From positions 25,670,001 through 25,734,000 of the forward strand of contig CM059433.1 of the NCBI GenBank assembly GCA_030390025.1: a stretch of 64,000 nucleotides of DNA, given 5' to 3'. The position numbers and the translations under genes were made by a program. Under the pieces are notes generated by a model. It had not been told where the DNA came from. It did no database searches and saw nothing but the letters and a program-made list of their open reading frames with translations. Shown here piece by piece: positions 46,456-60,900 of the stretch (positions are counted from its first letter, which is position 1; each line of letters begins with the position of its first letter). The stretch is from Squalus acanthias (Eukaryota).

Positions 46456-47080
46456 GAGAAGTAGTGGTGAGGTAGAGCTGGGTGACGTCAGCTTACATGT
46501 GGAAACTGAAGCTGTGTTTTCAGATGATGTCGCCAAGTATCAACATGTCGATGAGAAATAGGAGGGGCCCCAGGATAGATCCCTGGGCGACATCAGAGGT
46601 AACGATGCGGGAGCGGGAAGAGAAGCCTTTGCAGGTGATTCTCTGGCTACGATTAGATAGATAAGAATGGAACCAGGCGAGTGCAGTCCCACCCAGCCGG
46701 ACGACAGTGGAGAGGCGTTGGAGGAGGATGGAGTGGTCAATCATGTCAAAGGCTGCATACAAGTCAAGGAGGACGAGGAGGGATAGTTTACCTTTGTCAC
46801 AGTCACATAGGATGTCATTTATGATTTTGATAAGAGCCGTTTCAATACTGTGGAAGGGGTGGAAACCTGATCCAAACAGGGAGTTCCGATAAAGATGGGC
46901 ACGGATTTGGGAGGCAACAACACGTTCAAGGAATTTGGAGAGGAAAAGGAGGTTGAGATGGGATGGCACTAGGCAAGGACAGAGGGGTCAAGGGTTGTTT
47001 TTTGAGGAAATGGATAATGACAGCAGATTTGAAAGAGAGAGAACCATTAACAATATTAGCTAACATGGGAGCCAGAAGAG
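46456..47080 (-). mobile_element. L2 RT fragment (junction-type unit)
   Basis: ORF 46520..46969 is nearly identical to 1784..2233. Confidence 0.85.
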
Positions 47081-47137
47081 GGTGTGTGTGTGTGTGCTCG
47101 GGTGAGAGTATGTGTTTGTGTGTGTGTGCGAGTGTGT

Positions 47138-47176
<39 letters not shown>

Positions 47177-47580
47177 AGGCTGAGGGTGTGTGAGGTTGTG
47201 TGTGTGTGGGGGAGAGGGTGAGGGTGTGTGAGGTTGTGTGTGTGTGTGTCTGTGTGAGAGGGTGAATGTGTGTGAGGTTGTGTGTGTGTGTGTGTGTGAG
47301 AGGGTGAGGGTGTGTGAGGTTTTGTGTGTGTGTGTGTGTGTGAGAGGCTGAGGGTGTGTGATGTTGTGTGTATGTGTGCGTGAGTGTGTGTGTGCGTGAG
47401 GGTGTGTGTGTGTCTGTGTGAGACTGTGTGAGGTTGTGTGTGTGTGTGTGAGAGGGTGAGGGTGTGTGAGGTTGTGTGTGTGTATGTCTGTGTGCGAGGG
47501 TGAGGTTGTGTGTGTGTGTGTGTGAGGCTGAGGGTGTGTGAGGTTGTATGTATGTGTGTGTATGTGTGAGGGCAAGAGTG
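47081..47580. repeat. TG-rich microsatellite (contains the breakpoint of the 7.4 kb duplication)
   Basis: Directly visible. Confidence 0.9.
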
Positions 47581-48709
47581 TGAGTAGGTTTACCCACCCC
47601 CAGTCACACAGCAGCGGTACCTGCACTGTTTGAAGAGCGACCGATATTTGCAAAAACAGGAAATCTATTTATTTACAATTCATAAATTTACAAATTTACA
47701 AATCATGTTGAAAAATTGATCAGTTTGATGCTAAATAAAGGAGGTGGAGAACGATCGAGGCCTGTGTGTTTAGGCTTCATTCTGATGGCGACAGCAGCAG
47801 TTCCTTAGGCAGCTGATCCACCAGGTGAGCCTCTGGGCAGGTCAGACACGTTCTGACTGTTGGAGAAGTAAAATTGAAAAGGCCGCTGCATGTGCTCGGA
47901 GCTGCTCCTGGGGGTTGTGGAAGAATGACTCGCAATCCATGGCGTAGCAAGTGATCCTGTTGGGGAAATCTTGAACCAATTATCGTGAAAGGTTCTTTAG
48001 GAGGTCAATGTAGTTCCCGTTGGGCTCCCCTAGTTCTTGATTAATGAGGAAGCCTAGGCCGATCCAATGAGGGGGACAACCAGTCGCAGTGTTGAGCTAC
48101 AAGACCTGGTGATCTCCTCACTCGTTCCGTCCAGGTGCAACAACAAACGCACAAGGTTGGAATGGATCTGTCAGTAGGAGGAGGATCTGGAACCTCCGAT
48201 TCCACATTTGGTCAAGTTTCCCAACATGCTGAACGGTTCAGCCCGCACTTGATCACAGTCGCCGTCGAAGAGTGGTTGAATGCTTGCGAGGATTTTCTTT
48301 ACAAAGGGTTGGATTACACTTGGTCTCTATTTAATGATGTTCTTCGACAGGCACGACAGCACCTCAAATGTTAGCACTTCCTCTTGGTTCTCCTTGGTCC
48401 CCAACAGACTAAGCATTGTGCTCATCACTTGAGGAGACCAGTAATGGGCTCCAATTGAAACATTGCCAAGGTCCCTGACACATAGCAACTGGGCAACTGG
48501 ACAAGCATCACGCAAACACCTTAGCAATGTGCTCATTAGAGTGTCTGTGAGCTGCAGCTGCGACACCAGTGGAGATTTTAACAGCTCTCCAAAGAAGGAA
48601 GCCACAGTGACTGCCTGTCAGTCTTGGATGGTATGGATCTGAACTGCCAGCTCTTCCACAATGCCAGGCAGGCTGATGCCAGGATATTGAACATTAGTGA
48701 ACCAGATGG

Positions 48710-51700
48710 GTGACCACCACACAGTCATTGTGGAGACGTAGTCCCGTATTCACACTGAGGATGAAGGGATAATTACTAGTCCTAGCCCTTTCGGACCACC
48801 CCAGATCAGGCGTATTCCCCAGACATTCACCTTCAACTGAAGTTTGCGGTAGCCGAATCCTAGAGACGCATAATTGGGTCTAAAGTTTCAGACTATCTGT
48901 CCCTCAAGGAAAGGAACAGCCTGAAGATGTTACCGTCCTCTGGATAGCACTTTTAACAAGTTTAACTAGACTGTAACCTTCCGGATATTATGAGGGTCCG
49001 GAATACCCCCCAGAATTCTGCAACTCCTCTCTGAAGAGTGTACAGAAATTGAGTTTGCGAGGTTGATACAGAAATACTACTTGAGGCAATTCTAAAAATA
49101 TATAGATTTATTTAATAGCCGACATTCAGTTAACAGCTGATAAGTCAATCGCGACTTTAACCGTTCAAAATACAAATAGCTTACATTTCTTATCAGAGAT
49201 CCTTATTCTCAAATCTTAACTTCGTTACATTTCCACACTTCTACTTATTTCTTAATCCAGAATATCCACCAAAATCAAATACCCTGATTACCTGAGACGC
49301 AGAGTTGAAAACTTACAGAGCGTGCCTGTGAAGTTGAGAAACGCTTGCCCTTCCAGCGACTTCTGACTCTCTATCTGAAAAGCTCTATTTTTATACCTTT
49401 TTTTAGTGTTATTTTCTCTTGAAGTTTCCTGCTGATGTAAGCTAATTATCTCTGGTGATTGTTTATAGAATTATTTTCTATTCTTACTGTCATTTCAGCT
49501 GCCAACTTTTAGAATTATGTCTCTACCTTTAGGTGTTTCAAAAACTTATAATTTTTATGGTTATTATCGATTTATCTATTTGATGCTATTCTTAGGAAGT
49601 CTTTCTATTGAATTCTTAATATCACTTAACTGCTTGTAAGCCAGACGTCGTGACTCCGCGGTGTTCCAAGTTCAATACAAACACAATGTAATTGCTTGGT
49701 GTCATCTATTGATATTATATTTTCAAAGCCTTCCTATTTGTACCTTTTACAACTTGCAAATTGAAAACACTTCTCTTAGGGTGTTTACTTGTTTTCTTGC
49801 TATCTCAATTGGTTGCATATTTAATCGTGTTTCCTGTTTCTAAGTTTAACATAAAACTATTTTATGGCAGGTATTTCTTTTACTTGATGTCATTTTTTCA
49901 AAGGCACTTGGTTTTTTTAATGTTCTGTGCACCTGATCAACGTGTTAGATTTTGACACTTTACTTGGGCATTGCTATTGTTTTGTTCCAAACTCTAGATA
50001 TTCTGGAAGCGCCAATGGTTTGCTTCAATAGGGGCATTGTTTTTGTTTTTACAAACCAATTCCCATTTCAAAGCTTGTTTTCACAGCTATGTGTTAACAA
50101 ACCATCTTATCTCAGAAGCCTGTATTGTGTTTGCAGCCTGTGTCGCCGAGGCTTTCCAGACTTTTAAACTCAGTATGTCATGTATTAATACTATCAAAAT
50201 CTGTTCATAGGATGATGTATTTCATGGAATATGGCTTATTCCATTACAAGGACACCCTCCATCGTGTTGCGTGGCACTACCACCGTGCTAAATGGGATAG
50301 ATTCAGAACAGATCTAGCAGCTGAAAACTGGGCATCCGTGAGGTGCTGTGGGCCATCAGCAGCAGTAGAATTGTATTTCATCACAATCTGTAACCTCATG
50401 GCCCGGCATATCCCTCACTCTACTATTACCATGAAGCCAGGAGACCAACCCTGGTTCAATAAGGAGTGTAGAAGAGCATGCCAGAAGCACCACCAGGCGT
50501 ACCTAAAAATGAGGTGCCAACCTGGGGAATCTTCAACACAGGACTACATTCATGCTAAAAAGCGGAAGCAGCATGCTATAGACAGCGATCCCACTATCAA
50601 CAGATCAGATCAAAGCTCTGCATTCCTGCCACATCCAGTCTTGAATGGTGGTGGACCATTAAACAACTAACGGGAGGAGGAGGCCCCAGGAATATTCCCA
50701 TCCTCAATGATGGTGGAGCCCACCACGTGTGTGCAAAAGACAAGGCTGAAGCGTTTGCAACCATCTTCAGCCAGAAGTGCCGAGTGGATGATCCATATCG
50801 GCCTACTCCTGAGGCCCCCACCATCACAGAAGCCAGTCTTCAGACAATTCGATTAATTCCACGTGATATCAAGAAACGGCTGAGCGCACTGGATACAGCA
50901 AAGGCTATGGGCCATGACAACATTCCGGCTATTGTGCTGAAGACTTGTGTTCCAGAAATAGCCGTGCCTCTCGCCAAGCTGTTCCAGTACAGCTACAACA
51001 CTAGCATCTAACCGACAATGTGGAAAACTGCCCAGGTATGTCCTGTCCACAAAAAGGAGGACAAATCCAATCCGGCCAATTACCGTCCCATCAGTCTACT
51101 CTCAATCATCAGCAAAGTGATGGAAGGTGACATCGACGGTGCGATCAAGCGGCAATTACTCACCAATAACCTGCTCACTGATGCCCAGTTTGGGTTCCGC
51201 CAAGACCACTCGGCTCCCGACCTCATTACAGTCTTGGTCCAAACATTGACAGAGGAGCTGAATTCCAGAGGTGAGGTGAGAGTGACTGCACTTGACATCA
51301 AGGCAGCATTTGACCAAGTGTGGCATCAACGAGCCCTAGTAAAACTGAAGTCAATGGGAATCAGAGGGAAAACTCTACACTGGCTGGAGTCTTACCTAGC
51401 ACAAAGGAAGATGGTTGTGGTGGTTGAAGGTCAATCATCACAGCCCCAGGACATCACTGCAGGAGTTCCTCAGGGCAATGTCCTAGGCCCAACCATCTTC
51501 AGCTGCTTCATCAAAGACCTTCTCTCCAACATAAGGTCTGAAATGGGGATGTTCGCTGATGACTGCACAGTGATCAGTGCCATTCACAACTCCTCAGATA
51601 ATGAAGCAGTCCATGCCCGCATGCAACAATACCTGGACGACGATTAGGCTTGGGCTGATAAGTGGCAGGTAACATTTGCGCCACAGAAGTGCCAGGAAAT

Positions 51701-52422
51701 GACTATCTCCAACAAGTGAGTGTCTAACCACCGCCCCTTGTCATTCAACGGCATTATCATCACTGAATCGCCCCCCATCAACATCCCGGTGGTCACCATT
51801 GACCAGAAACTTAACTGGACCAACCACAAATACTGTGACAACAAGAGCAGGTCAGAGGCTAGGTATTCTGCGGCGAGTGTCTCACCTCCTGACTCCCCAA
51901 AGCCTTTCCACCATCTACAAAGCACAAGTAAGGAGTGTGATGGAATACACTCCACTTGCCTGGATGAGTGCAGCTCCAACAACACTCAAGAAGCTCGACA
52001 CCATCCAGGACAAAGCAGCCCGCTTGATTGGCACTCCATCCACCACCTTAAACATTCACTCCTTCCACCATCGGTGTACCGTGGCTGCAGTGTGTACCAT
52101 CTATAAGATGCACTGCAGCAACTCGCCAAGGCTTCCTCGGCAGCACTTCCCAAACCTGCGCCCTCTTCCACCTAGAAGGACAAAGGCAGCAGGCGCATGG
52201 GAACACCACCACCTCCAAGTTCCCCTCCAAGTCACACACCATCCTGACTTGGAAGTATATCGCCGATCCTTCCCAACAGCACTGTGGGAGTACCATCACC
52301 ACACGGACTGCAGCGGTTCAAGAAGGCAGCTCACCACCACCTTCTCAAGGGCAAATAGGGATGGGCAATAAATGCTGGCCTTACCAGCGACACCCACATC
52401 TCATAAATGAATTTTTTTTTAA
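48710..52422 (+). mobile_element. CR1-group LINE (duplicate of 41299-45010)
   Basis: ORF 51018..51647 has the same translation as 43606..44235. Confidence 0.85.
48762..50248 (-). mobile_element. Solo LTR, duplicate of 41351-42837
   Basis: Same termini, same AGGA TSD and same flanks. Confidence 0.75.
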
Positions 52423-53867
52423 ATTGCACCATTGCTCTGGCCAGCATTTCAACCCCCTTGTCAAATATGCAGATGTTCTTCATCTGGTCCCATCCTCGAC
52501 TGTTCACCATGTAAGTAGCTACTTCTTTATTATTTGTCCAAGCTAGCGGCTCCTTTAGTGTCCTCACACGCTTCACACACACATCTCTACATTTAGGTGT
52601 TTGAAGCTCAGCTGAGAATTGTCTCTGGTTCAATTTATCATCAGGAGTAAAACCATTGAGCAGAGAAACATTAACGCAAGAGTTGCAATGGATGAGCAGG
52701 ACGCTGAATAACTGCGGGAATAACGTAGTCCCCGTCTTTACCGACTCGGGCTTAGTTATCATCTGCCACAGCCCACAAACGGCAGCCAGGGATTCAAGGT
52801 TGAATACTGTGGCGCTTTCTCACTGACAGGTTCTGCTCTTGCAAATGGCAACTGCTTTTTCAGTGTGTCCAGCAGCTCTCCCATTGTACTCATGGCACAT
52901 TCTGTGTCCTCAGCCAGTGATCTCCACATGTCACTGATGTACTTGTCCAAAGGGACATGGTAGTTGAGGAGACAGGCACAACAGTTGCTGTGTTGTGTGA
53001 GCCAGAATGGCGATACTACACAGAGCTGAAAGTTTCACCTGCTCATAAGGAATTGACTGCAATTGAAGCCTCAGCACGTCAATGATCTCCGAGGCCTGGT
53101 CCCCAAGTTCACTGCCTCATCTATTAATGGTGGTTTGCATGAGAACAGCGGCTGCATTGGAATAACTGGGGTATTGGTCGGACAGTCCTTTGAAGACCAT
53201 GAAGAGTAAGTTGTCCAGCTGGTCACAGGGCAATCATTTGGAAATGACCTCTGTGATTTGAGAGCACGATTGAAAGAGGACTGAAGTGTCAGGGTTAACT
53301 AACTGTTCTCTGACTCTTTTCAGTCACTCTAACTGCTCCGTTTGCTGAACCAGATTGGTGGCTTCACACGACAAATGAATGGCCAGGATTATTTACAAAG
53401 AATCCAGGGACATCTGTCAAACGGGAAGCGATGGGTCTGCACAACGCGGCATCAGTCATCCAATCAGAGTCCCCGTGTTAATTTCAGGCGCTACATTACT
53501 AAGATTGAGCTTCCTCCAGTAAAGTTTCAGAAGCTCTAAGGTCGTTTCCATGGCTCTCTCTCGTTCATAGTCTTTTGTTGAAATGATCCAGGCTTCTACA
53601 TGATTGAAAATGGCCTCATGTCCTTGAGGGGACTGATCCTAAAGTAATATTTGCTTCAGAAGATTTTGCAGTGAATTTGTGGTTTGGGTATAAAGCGTCG
53701 CCCACTCCTTTGTATTATCATTTGTGTCCAGGTCATTGTTCAGTTCTGGAGGTACCAAGCCGAAAGTACTGGTCAGGCAGGTTTGAATCAATTGGCAGGT
53801 GTCAGCTTGGTTTGATTCAGTGCGTAGTTGCACGAGATGCGTGCAGGCTTTCATGGCTAACTGTCGA

Positions 53868-54492
53868 GAGAAGTAGTGGTGAGGTAGAGCTGGGTGACGT
53901 CAGCTTACATGTGGAAACTGAAGCTGTGTTTTCAGATGATGTCGCCAAGTATCAACATGTCGATGAGAAATAGGAGGGGCCCCAGGATAGATCCCTGGGC
54001 GACATCAGAGGTAACGATGCGGGAGCGGGAAGAGAAGCCTTTGCAGGTGATTCTCTGGCTACGATTAGATAGATAAGAATGGAACCAGGCGAGTGCAGTC
54101 CCACCCAGCCGGACGACAGTGGAGAGGCGTTGGAGGAGGATGGAGTGGTCAATCATGTCAAAGGCTGCATACAAGTCAAGGAGGACGAGGAGGGATAGTT
54201 TACCTTTGTCACAGTCACATAGGATGTCATTTATGATTTTGATAAGAGCCGTTTCAATACTGTGGAAGGGGTGGAAACCTAATCCAAACAGGGAGTTCCG
54301 ATAAAGATGGGCACGGATTTGGGAGGCAACAACACGTTCAAGGAATTTGGAGAGGAAAAGGAGGTTGAGATGGGATGGCACTAGGCAAGGACAGAGGGGT
54401 CAAGGGTTGTTTTTTGAGGAAATGGATAATGACAGCAGATTTGAAAGAGAGAGAACCATTAACAATATTAGCTAACATGGGAGCCAGAAGAG
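53868..54492 (-). mobile_element. L2 RT fragment (junction-type unit)
   Basis: ORF 53932..54381. Confidence 0.85.
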
Positions 54493-54549
54493 GGTGTGTG
54501 TGTGTGTGCTCGGGTGAGAGTATGTGTTTGTGTGTGTGTGCGAGTGTGT

Positions 54550-54584
<35 letters not shown>

Positions 54585-54990
54585 AGGCTGAGGGTGTGTG
54601 AGGTTGTGTGTGTGTGGGGGAGAGGGTGAGGGTGTGTGAGGTTGTGTGTGTGTGTGTCTGTGTGAGAGGGTGAATGTGTGTGAGGTTGTGTGTGTGTGTG
54701 TGTGTGAGAGGGTGAGGGTGTGTGAGGTTTTGTGTGTGTGTGTGTGTGTGAGAGGCTGAGGGTGTGTGATGTTGTGTGTATGTGTGCGTGAGTGTGTGTG
54801 TGCGTGAGGGTGTGTGTGTGTGTCTGTGTGAGACTGTGTGAGGTTGTGTGTGTGTGTGTGAGAGGGTGAGGGTGTGTGAGGTTGTGTGTGTGTATGTCTG
54901 TGTGCGAGGGTGAGGTTGTGTGTGTGTGTGTGTGAGAGGGTGAGGGTGTGTCAGGTTGTATGTATGTGTACGTACGTGTGAGAGTGAGGG
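54493..54990. repeat. TG-rich microsatellite
   Basis: Directly visible. Confidence 0.9.
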
Positions 54991-57900
54991 TATGAGTACA
55001 TTTACCCACCCCCAGTCAAACAGCAGCAGTACCTGCACTGTTTGAAGATCGACCGATAGTTGCAACAACAGGAAATCTAATTATTTACAATTCATAAATT
55101 TACAAATTTACAAGTCATGTTGAAAAATTGATCACTTTGATGCTAAGAAGAGGAGGTGGAGAACGATCGGGGCCTGTGTGTTTAGGCTTCATTCTGATGG
55201 CGACAGCAGCAGTTCCTTAGGCAGCTGTTCGACAAGGTGAGCCTCTGGGCTGGTCAGACACATTCTGACTGTTGGAGAAGTAAAGTCGAAAAGGCCGCTG
55301 CATGTGCTCAGAGCTGCTCCTGGAGGTTGTGGAAGAAGGACTCGCAATCCATGGCGTAGCAAGTGATCCTGTTGGGGAAATCTTGAACCAACTGTCATGA
55401 AAGGTCCTTTAGGAGGTCCATGTAGTTCCCGTTGGACTCCCCTAGATGGTTCTTGATTAATGAGGAAGCCTAGGCCGATCCAATGAGGGGGACAACCAGT
55501 TGCAGTGTTGAGCTACAAGACGTGGTGACCTCCTCACTCGTTCCGTCCAGGTGCAACAACAAACGCACAAGGTTGGATGGATCTGTCAGTAGAAGGAGGA
55601 TCTGGAACCTCCGATTCCACATTTGGTCAAGTTCCCCAACATGCTGAACGGTTCAGCCCGCACTTGATCACACTCGCCGTCGAAGAGTGGTTGAATGCTG
55701 GCGAGGATTTTCTTCACAAAGGGTTGGATGGCACTTGCTCTCTATTTAATGATGTTCTTCGACAGGCACGACAGCACCTCAAATGTTAGCACTTCCTCTT
55801 GGTTCTCCTTGGCCCCCAACAGACTAAGCATTGTGCTCATCACTTGAGGAGACCAGTAATGGGCTCCAATTGAAATGTTGCCACGGTCCCTGACACACAG
55901 CAACTGGGCAACTGGAAAAGCATCACGCAAACACCTTAGCAATGTGCTCACCAGAGTGTCTGTGAGCTGCAACCGTGAAACCAGTGGAGATTTTAACAGC
56001 TCTCCAAAGAAGGAAGCCACGGTGACGGCCTGACAGTTTTGGATGGTATGGATCAGAGCTGCCAGCTCTTCCACAATGCCAGGCAGGCTGATGCCAGCAT
56101 ATTGAACATTAGTGAACCAGATGGGTGACCACCGCACAGTCATTGTGGAGACGAAGTCCCGTATTCACACTGAGGACACATTCCATCATGCTGTGTGGCA
56201 CTACCACCGTGCTAAATGGGATAGATTCAGAACAGATCTAGCAGCTGAAAACTGGGCATCCGTGAGGTGCTGTGGGCCATCAGCAGCAGTAGAATTGTAT
56301 TCCATCACAATCTGTAACCTCATGGCCCGGCATATCCCTCACTCTACCATTACCATGAAGCCAGGAGACCAACCCTGGTTCAATAAGGAGTGTAGAAGAG
56401 CAAGCCAGGAGCACCACCAGGCGTACCTAAAAATGAGGTGCCAACCTGGAGAAGCTGTAACACAGGGATACATGCATGTTAAAAAGCGGAAGCAGCATGC
56501 TATAGACAACGATCCCACAATCAACGGATCAGTTCAAAGCTCTGCAGTCCTGCCACATCCAGTCGTGAATGGTGGTGGACCATTAAAAACTAACGGGAGG
56601 AGGAGGCTCCATGAATATCCCCATCCTCAATGATGGTGGCGCCCAGCACGTGAGTGTAAAAGACAAGGCTGAAGCGTTTACAACCATCTTCAGCCAGAAG
56701 TGCCGAGTGGATGATCCATATCAGCCTACTCCTGAAGTCCCCACCATCACAGAAGCAAGTCTTCAGCCAATTCAATTCACTCCACGTGATATCAAGAAAC
56801 GGCTGAGCGCACTGGATACAGCAAAGGCTATGGGCCCCGAAAACATTCCAGCTATCGTGCTGAAGACTTGTGCTCCAGAACAAGCCGCACCTCTAGCCAA
56901 GCTGTTCCAGTACAGCTACAATACTAGCATCCAGCCGACAATGTGGAAAACTGCCCAGGTATGTCCTGTCCACAAAAAGATGGACAAATCCAATCCAGCC
57001 AATTATCGCCCCATCAGTCTACTCTCAATCATCAGCAAATAGATGGAAGGTGTCATCGACAGTGCTATCAAGCGGCAATTACTCAGCAATAACCTGCTCA
57101 CTGATGCCCAGTTTGGGTTCCGCAAGACCACTCGGTTCCCGACCTCATTACAGCCTTGGTCCAAACATGGACAAAGGAGCTGAATTCCAGAGGTGAGGTG
57201 AGAGTGACTACCCTTGACATCAAGGCAGCATTTGACTGAGTGGGTCTTACCTAGCACAATGGAAGGTGGTTGTGGTGATTGAAGGTCAATCATCACAGCC
57301 CCAGGACATCGCTGCAGGAGTTCCTCAGGGCAGTGTCCTAGGCTCAACCATCTTCAGCTGCTTCATCAATGACCTTCCCTCCAACATAAGGTCAGAAATG
57401 GGGTCACTGATGACTGCACAATGATCAGTGCCATTCACAACTCCTCAGATAATGAAGCAGTCCAAGCCCGCATGCAACAAGACCTGGACGACACACCAAC
57501 CTGACTTGGAAGTATATCGCCGATCCTTCCCAACAATACTGTGGGAGTACCTTCACCACACGGACTGCAGCGGTTCAAGAAGGCAGCTCACCACCACCTT
57601 CTCAAGGGCAATTAGGGATGGACAATAAATATTGGCCTTGCCAGCGACACCCACATCCCATAAATGAATTTTAAAAAAAATTGCACCATTGCTCTGGCCA
57701 GCATTTCAACCCCCTTGTCAAATATGCGGAGGTTCTTCATCTGGTCCCATCCTCCACTGTTCACCATGTAAGTAGCTACTTCTTTATTGTTTGTCCAAGC
57801 TAGCTGGTCCTTTAGTGTCCTCACACGGTTCACACACACAAATCTCTACATTTAGGTGTTTGAAGCTCAGCTGAGAATTGTCTCTTGTTCGATTTATCAT

Positions 57901-60900
57901 CAGGAGCAAAACCATTGAGCAGAGAAACATTAATGCAAGAGTTGCAATGAATGAGCAGGGCGCTGAATAACTGCGGGAATATTGTAGTCCCCGTCTTTAT
58001 TGACTCGGACTCAGTTATCATCTGCCACAGCCCACAAACGGCAGCCAGGGATTCAAGGTTGAATACTGTGGCGCTTTCTCACTGACAGGTTCTGCTCATT
58101 GCAAATGGTAACTGCTTTTTCAGTGTGTCCAGCAGCTCTCCCATTGTACTCATGGCACATTCTGTGTCCTCAGCCAGTGATCTCCACATGTCACTGATGT
58201 ACTTGTCCAAAGGGACAGGGTAGTTGAGGAGACAGGCACAACAGTTGCTGTGTTGTGTGAGCCAGAATGGCGACACTACACAGAGCTGAAAGTTTCACCT
58301 GCTCAAAAGGAATTGACTGCAATTGAAGCCTCAGCACATCAATGATCTCCGAGGCCTGGTCCCCAAGTTCACTGCCTCGTCTATTAATGGTGGTTTGCAT
58401 GAGAACAGCGGCTGCATTGGAATAGCTGGGGTGTTGGTCGGACAGTCCTTTGAAGACCATGAAGTGTAAGTTGCCCAGTTGGTCATGTGGCAAACATTTG
58501 GAAATGACCTCTGTGATTTGAGAGCATGATTGAAAGAGGACTGAAGTGTCAGGGTTAACTAACTGTTCTCTGACTCTTTTCAGTACCTCTCACTGCTCCG
58601 TTTGCTGAACCAGATTGGTGCCTTCACACGACAAATGAATGACCAGGATTATGTACAAAGTGTCCAGGGACATCTGTCAAACGGGAAGCGATGGGTCTGC
58701 ACAACGCAGCATCAGTCATCCAATCAGAGTCCCCGTGTTAATTTCAGGCGCTACATTACTAAGATTGAGCTTCCTCCAGTAAAGTTTCAGAATCTCTAAG
58801 GTCGTTTCCATGGTTCTCTCTCGTTCATAGTCTTTTGTTGAAATGATCCGGGCTTCTACATGATTGAAAATGGCCTCAAGTCCTTGAGGGGACAGGTCCT
58901 GAAATAATATTTGCTTCAGAAGATTTTGCAGCAAATCTGTGATTTGGGTATAAAGTGTCGCCCATTCCTTTGTATTATCATTTGTGTCCAGGTCATTATT
59001 CAGTTCTGGAGGTACCAAGCCGAAAGTACTGGTCAGGCAGCTTTGAATCAATTGGCAGGTGTCAGCTTGGTTTGTTTCAGTGTGTAGTTACACGAGATGC
59101 GTGCAGGCGTTCATGACTAACTATCGAACAGGGCTCGGCCTCGATAAGATCCTGCATGTACGTAAGCAGCACCCTGTTTCTGATAAATTGATGGGAAGTC
59201 TCCAGCGATTTAAATATAGGGATCTGGCTATCTGAGTCAAGGTCTGTATTAGGCTGAGCTTTAGTGTGAGATCCCTGGATTCAGCCTTTATCCCCTGCCT
59301 ACTTGTAATTAAATGACTAACAGCTGGCAGAATGTGGCTCTTGATGTTGAACAGCAGTTCCTCAGGTGCGCGAACTGCCATGTTCCCTTCACACAGAACC
59401 AGTGTGCTCTTCACTTTATCCGATTCCACCTTGAGCCTGAATCTGTTGGAGTTAGCAAACTCCTCCAGGCTACTGAGCGTATCATCAAAATGTACCGTGG
59501 CACAGAAACCAATGGCGAGGGCTGCTCCCTATCTCTCCGCTCTCTCACTATGCTGCACACTCAGTAGCATTTGGTGAAGCTCCTCCCTTACGTTCTTAGT
59601 GTGGGTCTAGCAGAGCACTGACGCAAGAGATTTATACAGAAAGCCCTTCTCTTCTGGGGAATGATGGTTAGTATTGATCTGTTTTGATATTTCATTGGCG
59701 AGCTGACATGTCCATTCCTCGTCATCAATCGTATTTAAAGCTAAGTCAATAATTTATTCTCCCATTTCAACTGGGACAGAGACTCCTCTGAATTTTCCAG
59801 TAAATGGTCAACTAATGGTGCAAGCTCCTCTTCCCACCACCTCACTGATTCTGGGTGGATATTGAGACTCAGGACTTTCAGCACACTCAGTGCTGCAGCT
59901 CCTCGGCCTCCTCCCTGATACGGGCAACAAGTCACAATGAGGAGCCGGGTCAGCAGTGCCTGGGCTTTAGGGAGATTGGCATCTTCATTGTAAGTAAGGG
60001 AAAAACCTTCACTACCGGCTCGCAGTTTCTTTTCCCCAATATGTGCTGAACAACTACAGATTATTGTTAAATCCTTGGTGTACTGGGTCATAGTGACAAA
60101 CTCCAGTAAGGATGGCCAAAGGACATCCTCCATCTTCACTGCAGTTGTGATCAAACACATCACTCTTTCACATAGTATGACTAATTCTTCATCTGTTACT
60201 GGGTGTGGCGGTTGATTGGGTGGTACCAGGGTCCCTGAACCAACTGGTACAGCACACTGTTGGATGAGGAATTACACCTTTGCCAATCCTCCCTTTGGCT
60301 CAAGGTAACCTTGCTGGGCCATGACACATATTACCTGGGCAATTAGCTTCTTCTCCTGATTGCTGCTCTTGTCTAGAAGTACTGGTTTTATTGCAAATAC
60401 AATCTGGGCCATCTTCCTCTCCAAGTGTGATGCGACCGATGTGATGAGCTGCTTTCGTACAGTGAGTGTTGCTACTTTCATTTGTTGGTCAGCGTTCTCT
60501 AACTGAGATAAGAAAAATTCCACCATTTTGTCTGCATAAGCTGGGGCCAGAACTCTGAAACAGCGAAGGATCTCAGTCTGGTTCTTCTCGGCAAGATGAT
60601 CAGTAGACTCCAGCGAAACACAAATCTGCTGGTGGAGCTTGTTAAGCAGGATGTCCATTTGTGTTTTTAGCCCGAGATACTTTCTCGCTGTCACAACATC
60701 CATCTCATGCAGAAACGCACAGTTTGTACCACTTTGCTGTATTTTGTACACCCCTGGGTTTCTGTGTTGTCATGGTTTTCATTGTGAGGCCGAGTTACAT
60801 AACCCCTCAGTTGTGATGAGGTCCTGGGTCATGTGCCCATATAAGTCCTGCCAGATGTTTGTGGCAGTTTAAGGTGGGTGGTGGGGGTTAAGGCCCAGAC

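Larger units (their letters stand above)
47581..53867 (-). pseudogene. MROH1: MROH1-like processed pseudogene, copy 5 (near-identical duplicate of copy 4)
   Basis: Identical ORF translations at +7411/+7412 offset. Confidence 0.75.

Noticed and set aside
41351..50248. The two 1487 bp LTR copies as the flanks of a single element that captured MROH1/LINE sequence
   Set aside because: Each copy has its own AGGA TSD and identical flanks on both sides, which a segmental duplication of a solo LTR explains; no PBS or PPT
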